IMG/VR virus record: IMGVR_UViG_2671180896_000002
Source: a virus
Taxonomy: Duplodnaviria > Heunggongvirae > Uroviricota > Caudoviricetes
DNA length: 47,890 bases
Direction: 5' to 3' (one strand)
The notes beneath the pieces were generated by a model, which was not told the DNA's origin, did no database searches, and saw nothing but the letters and a program-made list of their open reading frames with translations. Both the position numbers and the translations under genes were made by a program. This document shows, one piece after another, positions 38,910-46,654 of the stretch; the first letter of the stretch is position 1, and the number at the start of each line of letters is the position of its first letter.

Positions 38910-38928
38910 GTAACGCTCGCAGCGTTAC
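38910..38928. repeat. 19-bp palindrome GTAACGC-TCGCA-GCGTTAC (copy 3 of 3)
   Basis: Same arms, 14 bp upstream of the ydaU-like start codon in the ydaT-ydaU intergenic region. Confidence 0.8.
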
Positions 38929-38973
38929 ATTTAACTGATACCGAACAAAACAGTTCGGTACGATTAATTTCAA

Positions 38974-39396
38974 TCAATGCACTACGACAGAATCGCTAGG
39001 AGAACCGCCGCCGCTGAAATGTGCTTTACGGTAAACGGCCTGGACTGCATCATCATGCGCATCAATTGCCGTACTCAGTGCATCCTGTGCCGCCAGTAAT
39101 GCACGGCGTTCCAGGGTATCGAAGATGCAGAGTCGGTGACGCAGCTCGCGAGGAAGAATTGCCAGAACCGCAGGGATCAGTTTCTGAATTTTTTCCCTTT
39201 GCGCATTCGTTTCACCTTTCAACCAACGATGATAGATATTCTGCTGATTGTTCCAGTCCTTGCCTGGTACCAGGGGCAATTCGCCGCCCCCCTGGCGCAG
39301 ATATTCTTCAGTAATTGCGTTAGCGACCCACGCCTGCCCTTTTTCGGCTGCCAGGGCTAACAACACTGATTCGATGTGCTCATGCTTGATTTTCAT
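38974..39396 (-). CDS. ydaT: YdaT-like protein (Rac immunity-region protein, reported toxic partner of YdaS)
   Basis: 140-aa ORF, 4-nt overlap with the upstream Cro-like gene; size and position match Rac YdaT. Confidence 0.6.
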   Translation of the reverse strand: MKIKHEHIESVLLALAAEKGQAWVANAITEEYLRQGGGELPLVPGKDWNNQQNIYHRWLKGETNAQREKIQKLIPAVLAILPRELRHRLCIFDTLERRALLAAQDALSTAIDAHDDAVQAVYRKAHFSGGGSPSDSVVVH

Positions 39397-39647
39397 GAAT
39401 CAACTCCCATCAGCTTTTTCGTAGTAGTTTTATTTCTGCCAATAGTTAAAATTGCATCGGCAGAAAATAATCCGTTTGATGCATGAGCGATTTTTTCAGC
39501 GTAATTTGTTTCGCCGGTATATTCTGTGCGAGGCAATTTTCCGTTATCCATCCATTTGTAGATTGCTCTTTGGCTGACACCACAAACGTCGGCCACAACA
39601 GAAACGCGAACAGTTTTGATTACATCTTCAAGTGTTTTCTGGTTCAT
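39393..39647 (-). CDS. ydaS: Cro/YdaS-like HTH regulator
   Basis: 84 aa from MNQKTLEDVIKTVRVSVVADVCGVSQRAIYKWMDNGKLP (HTH) with GAGGGTG SD (supplied ORF extends to 39719); divergent from the racR-like gene. Confidence 0.6.
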   Translation of the reverse strand: MNQKTLEDVIKTVRVSVVADVCGVSQRAIYKWMDNGKLPRTEYTGETNYAEKIAHASNGLFSADAILTIGRNKTTTKKLMGVDS

Positions 39648-39726
39648 ATCACCCTCACAATGTGAACTTTGAGTACATGCTATAACAGAACTGACAGTAC
39701 ATTCAAGAGCGAATATCATTGAACTT
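39648..39726. promoter_or_regulatory. OR-like divergent promoter/operator region between ydaS and racR
   Basis: Plus strand CTGACA(39691-39696)-17 bp-TATCAT(39714-39719) ending 7 nt before the racR ATG (leaderless, cI/PRM-like); minus-strand TTGAAT-16 bp-TATAGC toward ydaS; AGTACAT motif at 39672-39678 and 39696-39702 overlapping promoter elements. Confidence 0.5.
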
Positions 39727-40146
39727 ATGGTTCATGAAGATAAAGCGCGTAAAGAGTTCGCCAGTAGGCTTGCGCTAGCCTGTGAAAACGCTGGTTATGA
39801 ACAACATGGAAGGCAGGCAGAAATTGCCCGTCGAATGAAATTAACACCAAAAGCGGTTAGCAAATGGTTTAATGGTGAAACAATTCCTCGCCGAGAGAAA
39901 TTAAGGGAATTAGCAACACTCATTGGAACAACACCAACCTATCTTTTGGGAGAGGATACAGAAGAAAGTGGACAGATACGTTTCTATCAGGAGTTAAATC
40001 CAAGACAAAAAATCATCATTGACCTTCTGGACGAGCTCCCTGACAGTGAGACAGATGAACTTTTAAAAACTCTTGAGGAGAAAAAACAGAAGTACAATGC
40101 AATTTACGAAGAGTTAGCACGAAAGAAAAAACAAAAAGCCTCTTAA
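39727..40146 (+). CDS. racR: Prophage repressor, RacR-like (HTH; no obvious C-terminal peptidase domain)
   Basis: 139-aa ORF with HTH (RQAEIARRMKLTPKAVSKWFNGETIP), divergent from the cro-like gene, no SD; position equivalent to Rac racR. Confidence 0.6.
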   Translation: MVHEDKARKEFASRLALACENAGYEQHGRQAEIARRMKLTPKAVSKWFNGETIPRREKLRELATLIGTTPTYLLGEDTEESGQIRFYQELNPRQKIIIDLLDELPDSETDELLKTLEEKKQKYNAIYEELARKKKQKAS

Positions 40147-40214
40147 ACCAGCATAAATCCGGTAGCGTCCCCCTCCGGGTTTGTGCTTCACTTTATCCCG
40201 TCTCATTTTTTTAT

Positions 40215-40270
40215 ACATAAAATGTACTTAAAGTACTTTACAACGATGAACACAAAGTACATTATATACC
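40215..40270 (+). promoter_or_regulatory. OL/pL-like promoter-operator region for the early-left operon
   Basis: TTTACA(40237-40242)-17 bp-CATTAT(40260-40265) on plus strand; the operator motif recurs here as ATGTACT (40222-40228, inverted), AGTACTT (40232-40238) and AGTACAT (40256-40262). Confidence 0.45.
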
Positions 40271-40433
40271 TACCAACCCACCCCGCCCCACAGAACGCCG
40301 GGCAATACTTCGAGTTACCAGGCAGTGGTCAGGGGTTAAGTAGCCAGCCCGAGGCGTATGAACATGACGGCGGGATTCAAATTTTGCAGTGCAGCAGTTA
40401 GTTCCGCCACCCGGCGTTAAGGGGATAGATAAG

Positions 40434-40568
40434 ATGGTGCATTACGAAGTAGTTCAGTATTTGATGGATTGTTGCGGTATCACTTACAACCAGGCTGTGC
40501 AGGCTTTACGCAGCAACGACTGGGATCTCTGGCAGGCAGAAGTCGCTATACGTAGCAACAAGATGTGA
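40434..40568 (+). CDS. ydaG: Small Rac early protein YdaG (44 aa)
   Basis: Below the track cutoff: MVHYEVVQYLMDCCGITYNQAVQALRSNDWDLWQAEVAIRSNKM; first gene after the pL-like promoter. Confidence 0.7.
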   Translation: MVHYEVVQYLMDCCGITYNQAVQALRSNDWDLWQAEVAIRSNKM

Positions 40569-40578
40569 GGTTCGCAAA

Positions 40579-40734
40579 ATGCAAAAAATCGACCTCGGCA
40601 ACAACGAATCCCTGGTGTGCGGCGTGTTCCCCAACCAGGATGGAACGTTCACTGCCATGACGTATACCAAAAGCAAAACATTTAAAACCGAAACTGGTGC
40701 GCGCCGATGGTTGGAGAAGCACACAGTAAGCTAA
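40579..40734 (+). CDS. ydaF: Small Rac early protein YdaF (51 aa)
   Basis: Below the track cutoff: MQKIDLGNNESLVCGVFPNQDGTFTAMTYTKSKTFKTETGARRWLEKHTVS; stop overlaps the convergent sieB stop. Confidence 0.7.
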   Translation: MQKIDLGNNESLVCGVFPNQDGTFTAMTYTKSKTFKTETGARRWLEKHTVS

Positions 40735-41219
40735 CGATTAAAACGTCTACTCCTGCTGTTCCAGAATAACTTCATAAAATGGGAGTATTTTTCGGTGACG
40801 AGATAATAAGAACAGTTTGCGCTATCACTCTGATGTTGAATGATGCCCTTCCGTTCTAATTTTTTCATAACCGGGTTACGGCAAGGAGAAGTGATAATAA
40901 GATTTCCTGTTTTAAGGAAATCTTTAAATACAGCGATTTCTTTCTCAGATAAACGAAGCAATACTCGTTGCTCTGGCAGTAATGAATAATGCTTTTGAAT
41001 ATGTGCTCGCAATCTTGAGAAGGAAATGGCGACCACGAAAGAAAAGGCAAAAACGATAATCTGAAAGAGCCAAGGTATTTCAGTATAAGCATTGAATGCG
41101 ACAGTAAACTCTTTCGGTATCAGCCAGAGAGTGAGACCAAAAATGATAATCGTATACATAAGTCTTTCGAGTGGCTCGTTAGCAAAAAGTTTCAACAATG
41201 GAGTAAATACATCCAACAT
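40731..41219 (-). CDS. sieB: Superinfection exclusion protein B
   Basis: 162 aa from MLDVFTPLLKLFANEPLERLMYTIIIFGLTLWLIPKEF... with two N-terminal TM helices (supplied ORF extends to 41342); opposite strand within the early operon as in Rac/lambda. Confidence 0.8.
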   Translation of the reverse strand: MLDVFTPLLKLFANEPLERLMYTIIIFGLTLWLIPKEFTVAFNAYTEIPWLFQIIVFAFSFVVAISFSRLRAHIQKHYSLLPEQRVLLRLSEKEIAVFKDFLKTGNLIITSPCRNPVMKKLERKGIIQHQSDSANCSYYLVTEKYSHFMKLFWNSRSRRFNR

Positions 41220-41660
41220 ATCAATAACTCTCAACTGTAAGGGTATTGAAATGTTAACACAAGCTCTCGCTGTAGGGGTATAGCCGAGACCACCGAAGCC
41301 CGGAGGTGGTGAAATAAAACCGGGCACAACACGAAGGCGCATTTCCGATATCCATAAAGAGTCGGTCTTGTCTGTTAAATTTAAATGGTGGGAGTGCGCC
41401 TCCGGTTGTAAATAACGACATTGCTGTGTGTAGTCCTGGCGGCATCAGTTTTTTTCTTGAAGTTCGGCTGATGTCCGCCCTTTTTAAAGTGAATTTTGTG
41501 ATGCGGTGAATGCGGCTAAGCGCACGTGGCACAGTTAAAAGTCATGTTAGTCCTTATTGGTTTGGGTGGGAAAGCCGACTGTAATTGTTAACTGGTTGCA
41601 GTCACCTGGAGGCACCAGGCACCGCATCAACAAAGTTCATTTGTAAAAATGGAGATAATT

Positions 41661-41882
41661 ATGATTGCACATCACTTCGGAACTGATGAAATACCACGTC
41701 AGTGTGTGACTCCTGGCGATTATGTTCTTCATGAAGGCCGGACATATATTGCCTCGGCAAACAATATTAAAAAGCGAAAACTATATATTCGTAACCTGAC
41801 CACAAAAACATGCATTACTGACCGCATGATTAAAGTCTTCCTCGGTCGTGATGGTTTACCTGTAAAGGCGGAGTCATGGTGA
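41661..41882 (+). CDS. kilR: Killing protein KilR (FtsZ-ring inhibitor)
   Basis: 73 aa [73 protein letters not shown]; matches Rac KilR. Confidence 0.85.
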   Translation: MIAHHFGTDEIPRQCVTPGDYVLHEGRTYIASANNIKKRKLYIRNLTTKTCITDRMIKVFLGRDGLPVKAESW

Positions 41883-42052
41883 TGACTAAGAAAATAAAAT
41901 GTGCTTACCACCTTTGCAAAAAAGACGTTGAAGAAAGCAAAGCTATTGAAAGAATGCTTCACTTCATGCACGGGATTTTATCAAAAGACGAACCGAGAAA
42001 ATATTGCAGTGAAGCTTGTGCCGAAAAAGACCAGATGGCACATGAACTTTAA
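41882..42052 (+). CDS. ydaE: Small Cys-rich protein YdaE (56 aa)
   Basis: Below the track cutoff: [59 protein letters not shown] overlaps the kilR stop (TGATG). Confidence 0.7.
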   Translation: MTKKIKCAYHLCKKDVEESKAIERMLHFMHGILSKDEPRKYCSEACAEKDQMAHEL

Positions 42053-42126
42053 TTAATTGACTATTCGAAACTGAATTTATGCCAGAAATGGCAGGTATTC
42101 GCTCAACCTTAATTAAGGAGAAAAAC

Positions 42127-42402
42127 ATGATTACCAATTATGAAGCCACTGTTGTAACTACCGATGACATTGTTCACGAGGTGAATCTGGAAGGAAAGCG
42201 CATTGGCTACGTAATTAAAACAGAAAATAAAGAAACCCCATTCACTGTGGTTGATATCGATGGTCCATCAGGCAACGTAAAAACACTTGATGAAGGTGTC
42301 AAAAAAATGTGCCTGGTGCATATCGGAAAGAATCTGCCCGCAGAAAAAAAAGCCGAATTTCTGGCAACTCTAATTGCAATGAAATTAAAAGGTGAAATCT
42401 GA
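42127..42402 (+). CDS. racC: RacC protein
   Basis: 91 aa from MITNYEATVVTTDDIVHEVNLEGKRIGYVIK... with AAGGAG SD (supplied ORF starts earlier at 42079); immediately upstream of recE. Confidence 0.8.
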   Translation: MITNYEATVVTTDDIVHEVNLEGKRIGYVIKTENKETPFTVVDIDGPSGNVKTLDEGVKKMCLVHIGKNLPAEKKAEFLATLIAMKLKGEI

Positions 42403-42503
42403 AAGAAATAGCCTGCGTATGGCGCAGGCTATGAACAGTGTGTATCCGGCAAGATCATTCACTGAACAAAACGAATTTTAATCTGAGTTGAGGTTAAAAA
42501 ACA

Positions 42504-45104
42504 ATGAGCACAAAACCACTCTTCCTGTTACGGAAAGCGAAAAAATCATCCGGTGAACCTGACGTCGTCCTGTGGGCAAGCAACGATTTTGAATCGACCT
42601 GTGCCACTCTGGACTACCTGATCGTTAAGTCAGGTAAAAAACTGAGCAGCTATTTTAAAGCTGTTGCCACGAATTTTCCTGTCGTTAATGACCTGCCCGC
42701 TGAAGGTGAGATCGATTTTACCTGGAGTGAACGCTATCAACTCAGCAAAGACTCCATGACATGGGAACTAAAACCGGGAGCAGCACCAGACAACGCTCAC
42801 TATCAAGGCAATACCAACGTCAACGGCGAAGACATGACTGAGATTGAGGAGAATATGCTACTCCCAATTTCTGGCCAGGAACTGCCCATTCGTTGGCTTG
42901 CTCAACACGGCAGCGAAAAACCGGTAACGCACGTTTCACGCGACGGACTCCAGGCATTACACATTGCTCGGGCTGAAGAACTACCGGCTGTTACTGCCCT
43001 GGCTGTTTCCCACAAAACCAGCCTGCTCGACCCGCTGGAAATTCGCGAACTCCACAAACTGGTTCGTGACACTGACAAAGTTTTCCCTAATCCTGGTAAT
43101 TCAAACCTGGGACTGATAACTGCTTTTTTCGAAGCATACCTGAACGCTGACTACACCGATCGAGGACTGCTGACAAAAGAGTGGATGAAGGGTAATCGTG
43201 TTTCACACATCACTCGCACGGCTTCCGGTGCTAATGCTGGCGGCGGAAACCTCACCGATCGCGGCGAAGGTTTCGTACACGATCTGACGTCACTGGCGCG
43301 CGACGTAGCCACTGGCGTACTGGCCCGTTCAATGGATCTGGACATCTATAACCTTCATCCGGCACACGCTAAACGCATTGAGGAAATTATCGCTGAAAAT
43401 AAACCGCCCTTTTCTGTTTTCCGCGACAAATTCATCACCATGCCTGGCGGGCTGGATTATTCCCGCGCCATCGTGGTTGCGTCCGTAAAAGAAGCACCAA
43501 TTGGGATCGAGGTCATCCCCGCGCACGTCACTGAATATCTGAACAAAGTACTGACTGAAACCGATCATGCCAACCCTGATCCGGAAATCGTGGATATTGC
43601 CTGCGGTCGCTCCTCTGCCCCGATGCCGCAGCGAGTAACAGAAGAAGGAAAACAGGATGATGAAGAAAAACCGCAACCATCTGGAACAACGGCAGTTGAA
43701 CAGGGAGAGGCTGAAACAATGGAACCGGACGCAACTGAACATCATCAGGACACGCAGCCGCTGGATGCTCAGTCACAGGTAAATTCTGTTGATGCGAAAT
43801 ATCAGGAACTGCGGGCAGAACTCCATGAAGCCCGGAAAAACATTCCATCAAAAAATCCTGTCGATGCCGATAAATTGCTTGCTGCATCACGTGGTGAATT
43901 TGTTGACGGAATTAGCGACCCGAACGATCCGAAATGGGTAAAGGGGATCCAGACTCGCGATTGTGTGTACCAGAACCAGCCAGAAACGGAAAAAACCAGC
44001 CCAGATATGAATCAACCTGAGCCAGTAGTGCAACAGGAACCGGAAATAGCCTGCAATGCCTGCGGCCAGACTGGCGGGGATAACTGCCCTGACTGTGGTG
44101 CGGTGATGGGCGACGCAACATACCAGGAAACATTCGCTGAAGAGAGTCAGGTTGAAGCTAAGGAAAATGATCCGGAGGAAATGGAAGGCGCTGAACATCC
44201 GCACAATGAGAATGCTGGCAGCGATCCGCATCGCGATTGCAGTGATGAAACTGGCGAAGTCGCAGATCCCGTAATCGTAGAAGACATAGAGCCAGGTATT
44301 TATTACGGAATTTCGAATGAGAATTACCACGCGGGTCCCGGTATCAGTAAGTCTCAGCTCGATGACATTGCTGATACTCCGGCACTATATTTGTGGCGTA
44401 AAAATGCCCCCGTGGACACCACAAAGACAAAAACGCTCGATTTAGGAACTGCTTTCCACTGCCGGGTACTTGAACCGGAAGAATTCAGTAACCGCTTTAT
44501 CGTAGCACCTGAATTTAACCGCCGTACAAACGCCGGAAAAGAAGAAGAGAAAGCGTTTCTGATGGAATGCGCAAGCACAGGAAAAACGGTTATCACTGCG
44601 GAAGAAGGCCGGAAAATTGAACTCATGTATCAAAGCGTTATGGCTTTGCCGCTGGGGCAATGGCTTGTTGAAAGCGCCGGACACGCTGAATCATCAATTT
44701 ACTGGGAAGATCCTGAAACAGGAATTTTGTGTCGGTGCCGTCCGGACAAAATTATCCCTGAATTTCACTGGATCATGGACGTGAAAACTACGGCGGATAT
44801 TCAACGATTCAAAACCGCTTATTACGACTACCGCTATCACGTTCAGGATGCATTCTACAGTGACGGTTATGAAGCACAGTTTGGAGTGCAGCCAACTTTC
44901 GTTTTTCTGGTTGCCAGCACAACTATTGAATGCGGACGTTATCCGGTTGAAATTTTCATGATGGGCGAAGAAGCAAAACTGGCAGGTCAACAGGAATATC
45001 ACCGCAATCTGCGAACCCTGTCTGACTGCCTGAATACCGATGAATGGCCAGCTATTAAGACATTATCACTGCCCCGCTGGGCTAAGGAATATGCAAATGA
45101 CTAA
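42504..45104 (+). CDS. recE: Exodeoxyribonuclease VIII (RecE)
   Basis: 866-aa ORF (same length as K-12 RecE) with acidic central linker and C-terminal nuclease domain; followed by overlapping recT. Confidence 0.9.
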   Translation: MSTKPLFLLRKAKKSSGEPDVVLWASNDFESTCATLDYLIVKSGKKLSSYFKAVATNFPVVNDLPAEGEIDFTWSERYQLSKDSMTWELKPGAAPDNAHYQGNTNVNGEDMTEIEENMLLPISGQELPIRWLAQHGSEKPVTHVSRDGLQALHIARAEELPAVTALAVSHKTSLLDPLEIRELHKLVRDTDKVFPNPGNSNLGLITAFFEAYLNADYTDRGLLTKEWMKGNRVSHITRTASGANAGGGNLTDRGEGFVHDLTSLARDVATGVLARSMDLDIYNLHPAHAKRIEEIIAENKPPFSVFRDKFITMPGGLDYSRAIVVASVKEAPIGIEVIPAHVTEYLNKVLTETDHANPDPEIVDIACGRSSAPMPQRVTEEGKQDDEEKPQPSGTTAVEQGEAETMEPDATEHHQDTQPLDAQSQVNSVDAKYQELRAELHEARKNIPSKNPVDADKLLAASRGEFVDGISDPNDPKWVKGIQTRDCVYQNQPETEKTSPDMNQPEPVVQQEPEIACNACGQTGGDNCPDCGAVMGDATYQETFAEESQVEAKENDPEEMEGAEHPHNENAGSDPHRDCSDETGEVADPVIVEDIEPGIYYGISNENYHAGPGISKSQLDDIADTPALYLWRKNAPVDTTKTKTLDLGTAFHCRVLEPEEFSNRFIVAPEFNRRTNAGKEEEKAFLMECASTGKTVITAEEGRKIELMYQSVMALPLGQWLVESAGHAESSIYWEDPETGILCRCRPDKIIPEFHWIMDVKTTADIQRFKTAYYDYRYHVQDAFYSDGYEAQFGVQPTFVFLVASTTIECGRYPVEIFMMGEEAKLAGQQEYHRNLRTLSDCLNTDEWPAIKTLSLPRWAKEYAND

Positions 45105-45906
45105 GCAACCACCAATCGCAAAAGCCGATCTGCAAAAAACTCAGGGAAATCGTGCACCAGCAGCAGTTAAAAATAGCGACGTGATTAGTTTTATTAACCA
45201 GCCATCAATGAAAGAGCAACTGGCAGCAGCTCTTCCACGCCATATGACGGCTGAACGTATGATCCGTATCGCCACCACAGAAATTCGTAAAGTTCCGGCG
45301 TTAGGAAACTGTGACACTATGAGTTTTGTCAGTGCGATCGTACAGTGTTCACAGCTCGGACTTGAGCCAGGTAGCGCCCTCGGTCATGCATATTTACTGC
45401 CTTTTGGTAATAAAAACGAAAAGAGCGGTAAAAAGAACGTTCAGCTAATCATTGGCTATCGCGGCATGATTGATCTGGCTCGCCGTTCTGGTCAAATCGC
45501 CAGCCTGTCAGCCCGTGTTGTCCGTGAAGGTGACGAGTTTAGCTTCGAATTTGGCCTTGATGAAAAGTTAATACACCGCCCGGGAGAAAACGAAGATGCC
45601 CCGGTTACCCACGTCTATGCTGTCGCAAGACTGAAAGACGGAGGTACTCAGTTTGAAGTTATGACGCGCAAACAGATTGAGCTGGTGCGCAGCCTGAGTA
45701 AAGCTGGTAATAACGGGCCGTGGGTAACTCACTGGGAAGAAATGGCAAAGAAAACGGCTATTCGTCGCCTGTTCAAATATTTGCCCGTATCAATTGAGAT
45801 CCAGCGTGCAGTATCAATGGATGAAAAGGAACCACTGACAATCGATCCTGCAGATTCCTCTGTATTAACCGGGGAATACAGTGTAATCGATAATTCAGAG
45901 GAATAA
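45097..45906 (+). CDS. recT: Single-strand annealing recombinase RecT
   Basis: 269 aa from [28 protein letters not shown]...; start overlaps recE stop by 8 nt (supplied ORF begins upstream at 45040). Confidence 0.9.
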   Translation: MTKQPPIAKADLQKTQGNRAPAAVKNSDVISFINQPSMKEQLAAALPRHMTAERMIRIATTEIRKVPALGNCDTMSFVSAIVQCSQLGLEPGSALGHAYLLPFGNKNEKSGKKNVQLIIGYRGMIDLARRSGQIASLSARVVREGDEFSFEFGLDEKLIHRPGENEDAPVTHVYAVARLKDGGTQFEVMTRKQIELVRSLSKAGNNGPWVTHWEEMAKKTAIRRLFKYLPVSIEIQRAVSMDEKEPLTIDPADSSVLTGEYSVIDNSEE

Positions 45907-45962
45907 TTCAGCCTGGCGGTGTAATGCACCGCCAACTTGAAATATTTTTTATGAGAAAAATT

Positions 45963-46157
45963 ATGAGATATGACAATGTTAAACCATGTCCATTTTGTGG
46001 TTGTCCATCAGTAACGGTGAAAGCCATTTCAGGATATTACCGAGCGAAGTGTAACGGATGCGAATCCCGAACCGGTTATGGTGGAAGTGAAAAAGAAGCA
46101 CTCGAAAGATGGAATAAACGAACCACTGGAAATAATAATGGAGGTGTTCATGTATAA
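45963..46157 (+). CDS. ralR: Restriction alleviation protein Lar/RalR (type I TA toxin, Zn-finger DNase)
   Basis: 64 aa MRYDNVKPCPFCGCPSVTVKAISGYYRAKCNGCESRTGYGGSEKEALERWNKRTTGNNNGGVHV with CxxC...CxxC. Confidence 0.85.
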   Translation: MRYDNVKPCPFCGCPSVTVKAISGYYRAKCNGCESRTGYGGSEKEALERWNKRTTGNNNGGVHV

Positions 46158-46359
46158 AATTACCGCCACTATTGAAAAGGAAGGTGGCACTCCTACTAAC
46201 TGGACAAGATATTCAAAATCTAAACTAACGAAATCAGAATGCGAAAAAATGCTCTCAGGTAAAAAAGAAGCAGGCGTTTCCAGAGAGCAGAAAGTAAAAC
46301 TGATAAATTTTAATTGCGAGAAACTTCAGTCCTCGAGAATTGCATTGTATTCAAATTAA
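46150..46359 (+). CDS. ydaC: YdaC-like small protein
   Basis: 69 aa MYKITATIEKEGGTPTNWTRYSKSKLTKSECEKMLSGKKEAGVSREQKVKLINFNCEKLQSSRIALYSN; ATG overlaps ralR end. Confidence 0.75.
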   Translation: MYKITATIEKEGGTPTNWTRYSKSKLTKSECEKMLSGKKEAGVSREQKVKLINFNCEKLQSSRIALYSN

Positions 46360-46437
46360 AACTTCATAGCTGATTATTAATAATCAACATCGGGCGTCAA
46401 TTTCAGTCTAACATTGGCGCCTGCCAGAGGTGATGCG

Positions 46438-46653
46438 ATGGCACAAGTAATCTTTAATGAAGAGTGGATGGTTGAATACGGCCTGATGCTTCGCACTGGT
46501 CTGGGGGCCAGACAAATTGAAGCATACCGCCAGAACTGTTGGGTGGAGGGCTTCCACTTCAAACGAGTATCTCCTTTAGGTAAGCCAGACAGCAAACGAG
46601 GGATTATCTGGTACAACTATCCAAAGATAAATCAGTTTATCAAAGACTCATGA
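46438..46653 (+). CDS. xisR: Excisionase (XisR)
   Basis: 71 aa [46 protein letters not shown]...; stop abuts the int start. Confidence 0.8.
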   Translation: MAQVIFNEEWMVEYGLMLRTGLGARQIEAYRQNCWVEGFHFKRVSPLGKPDSKRGIIWYNYPKINQFIKDS

Positions 46654-46654
46654 T

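Noticed and set aside
40183-40401. 72-aa plus-strand ORF downstream of racR
   Set aside because: Overlaps the predicted pL-like promoter/operator region and its leader; the known small genes ydaG and ydaF start just downstream, so this is more likely leader sequence.
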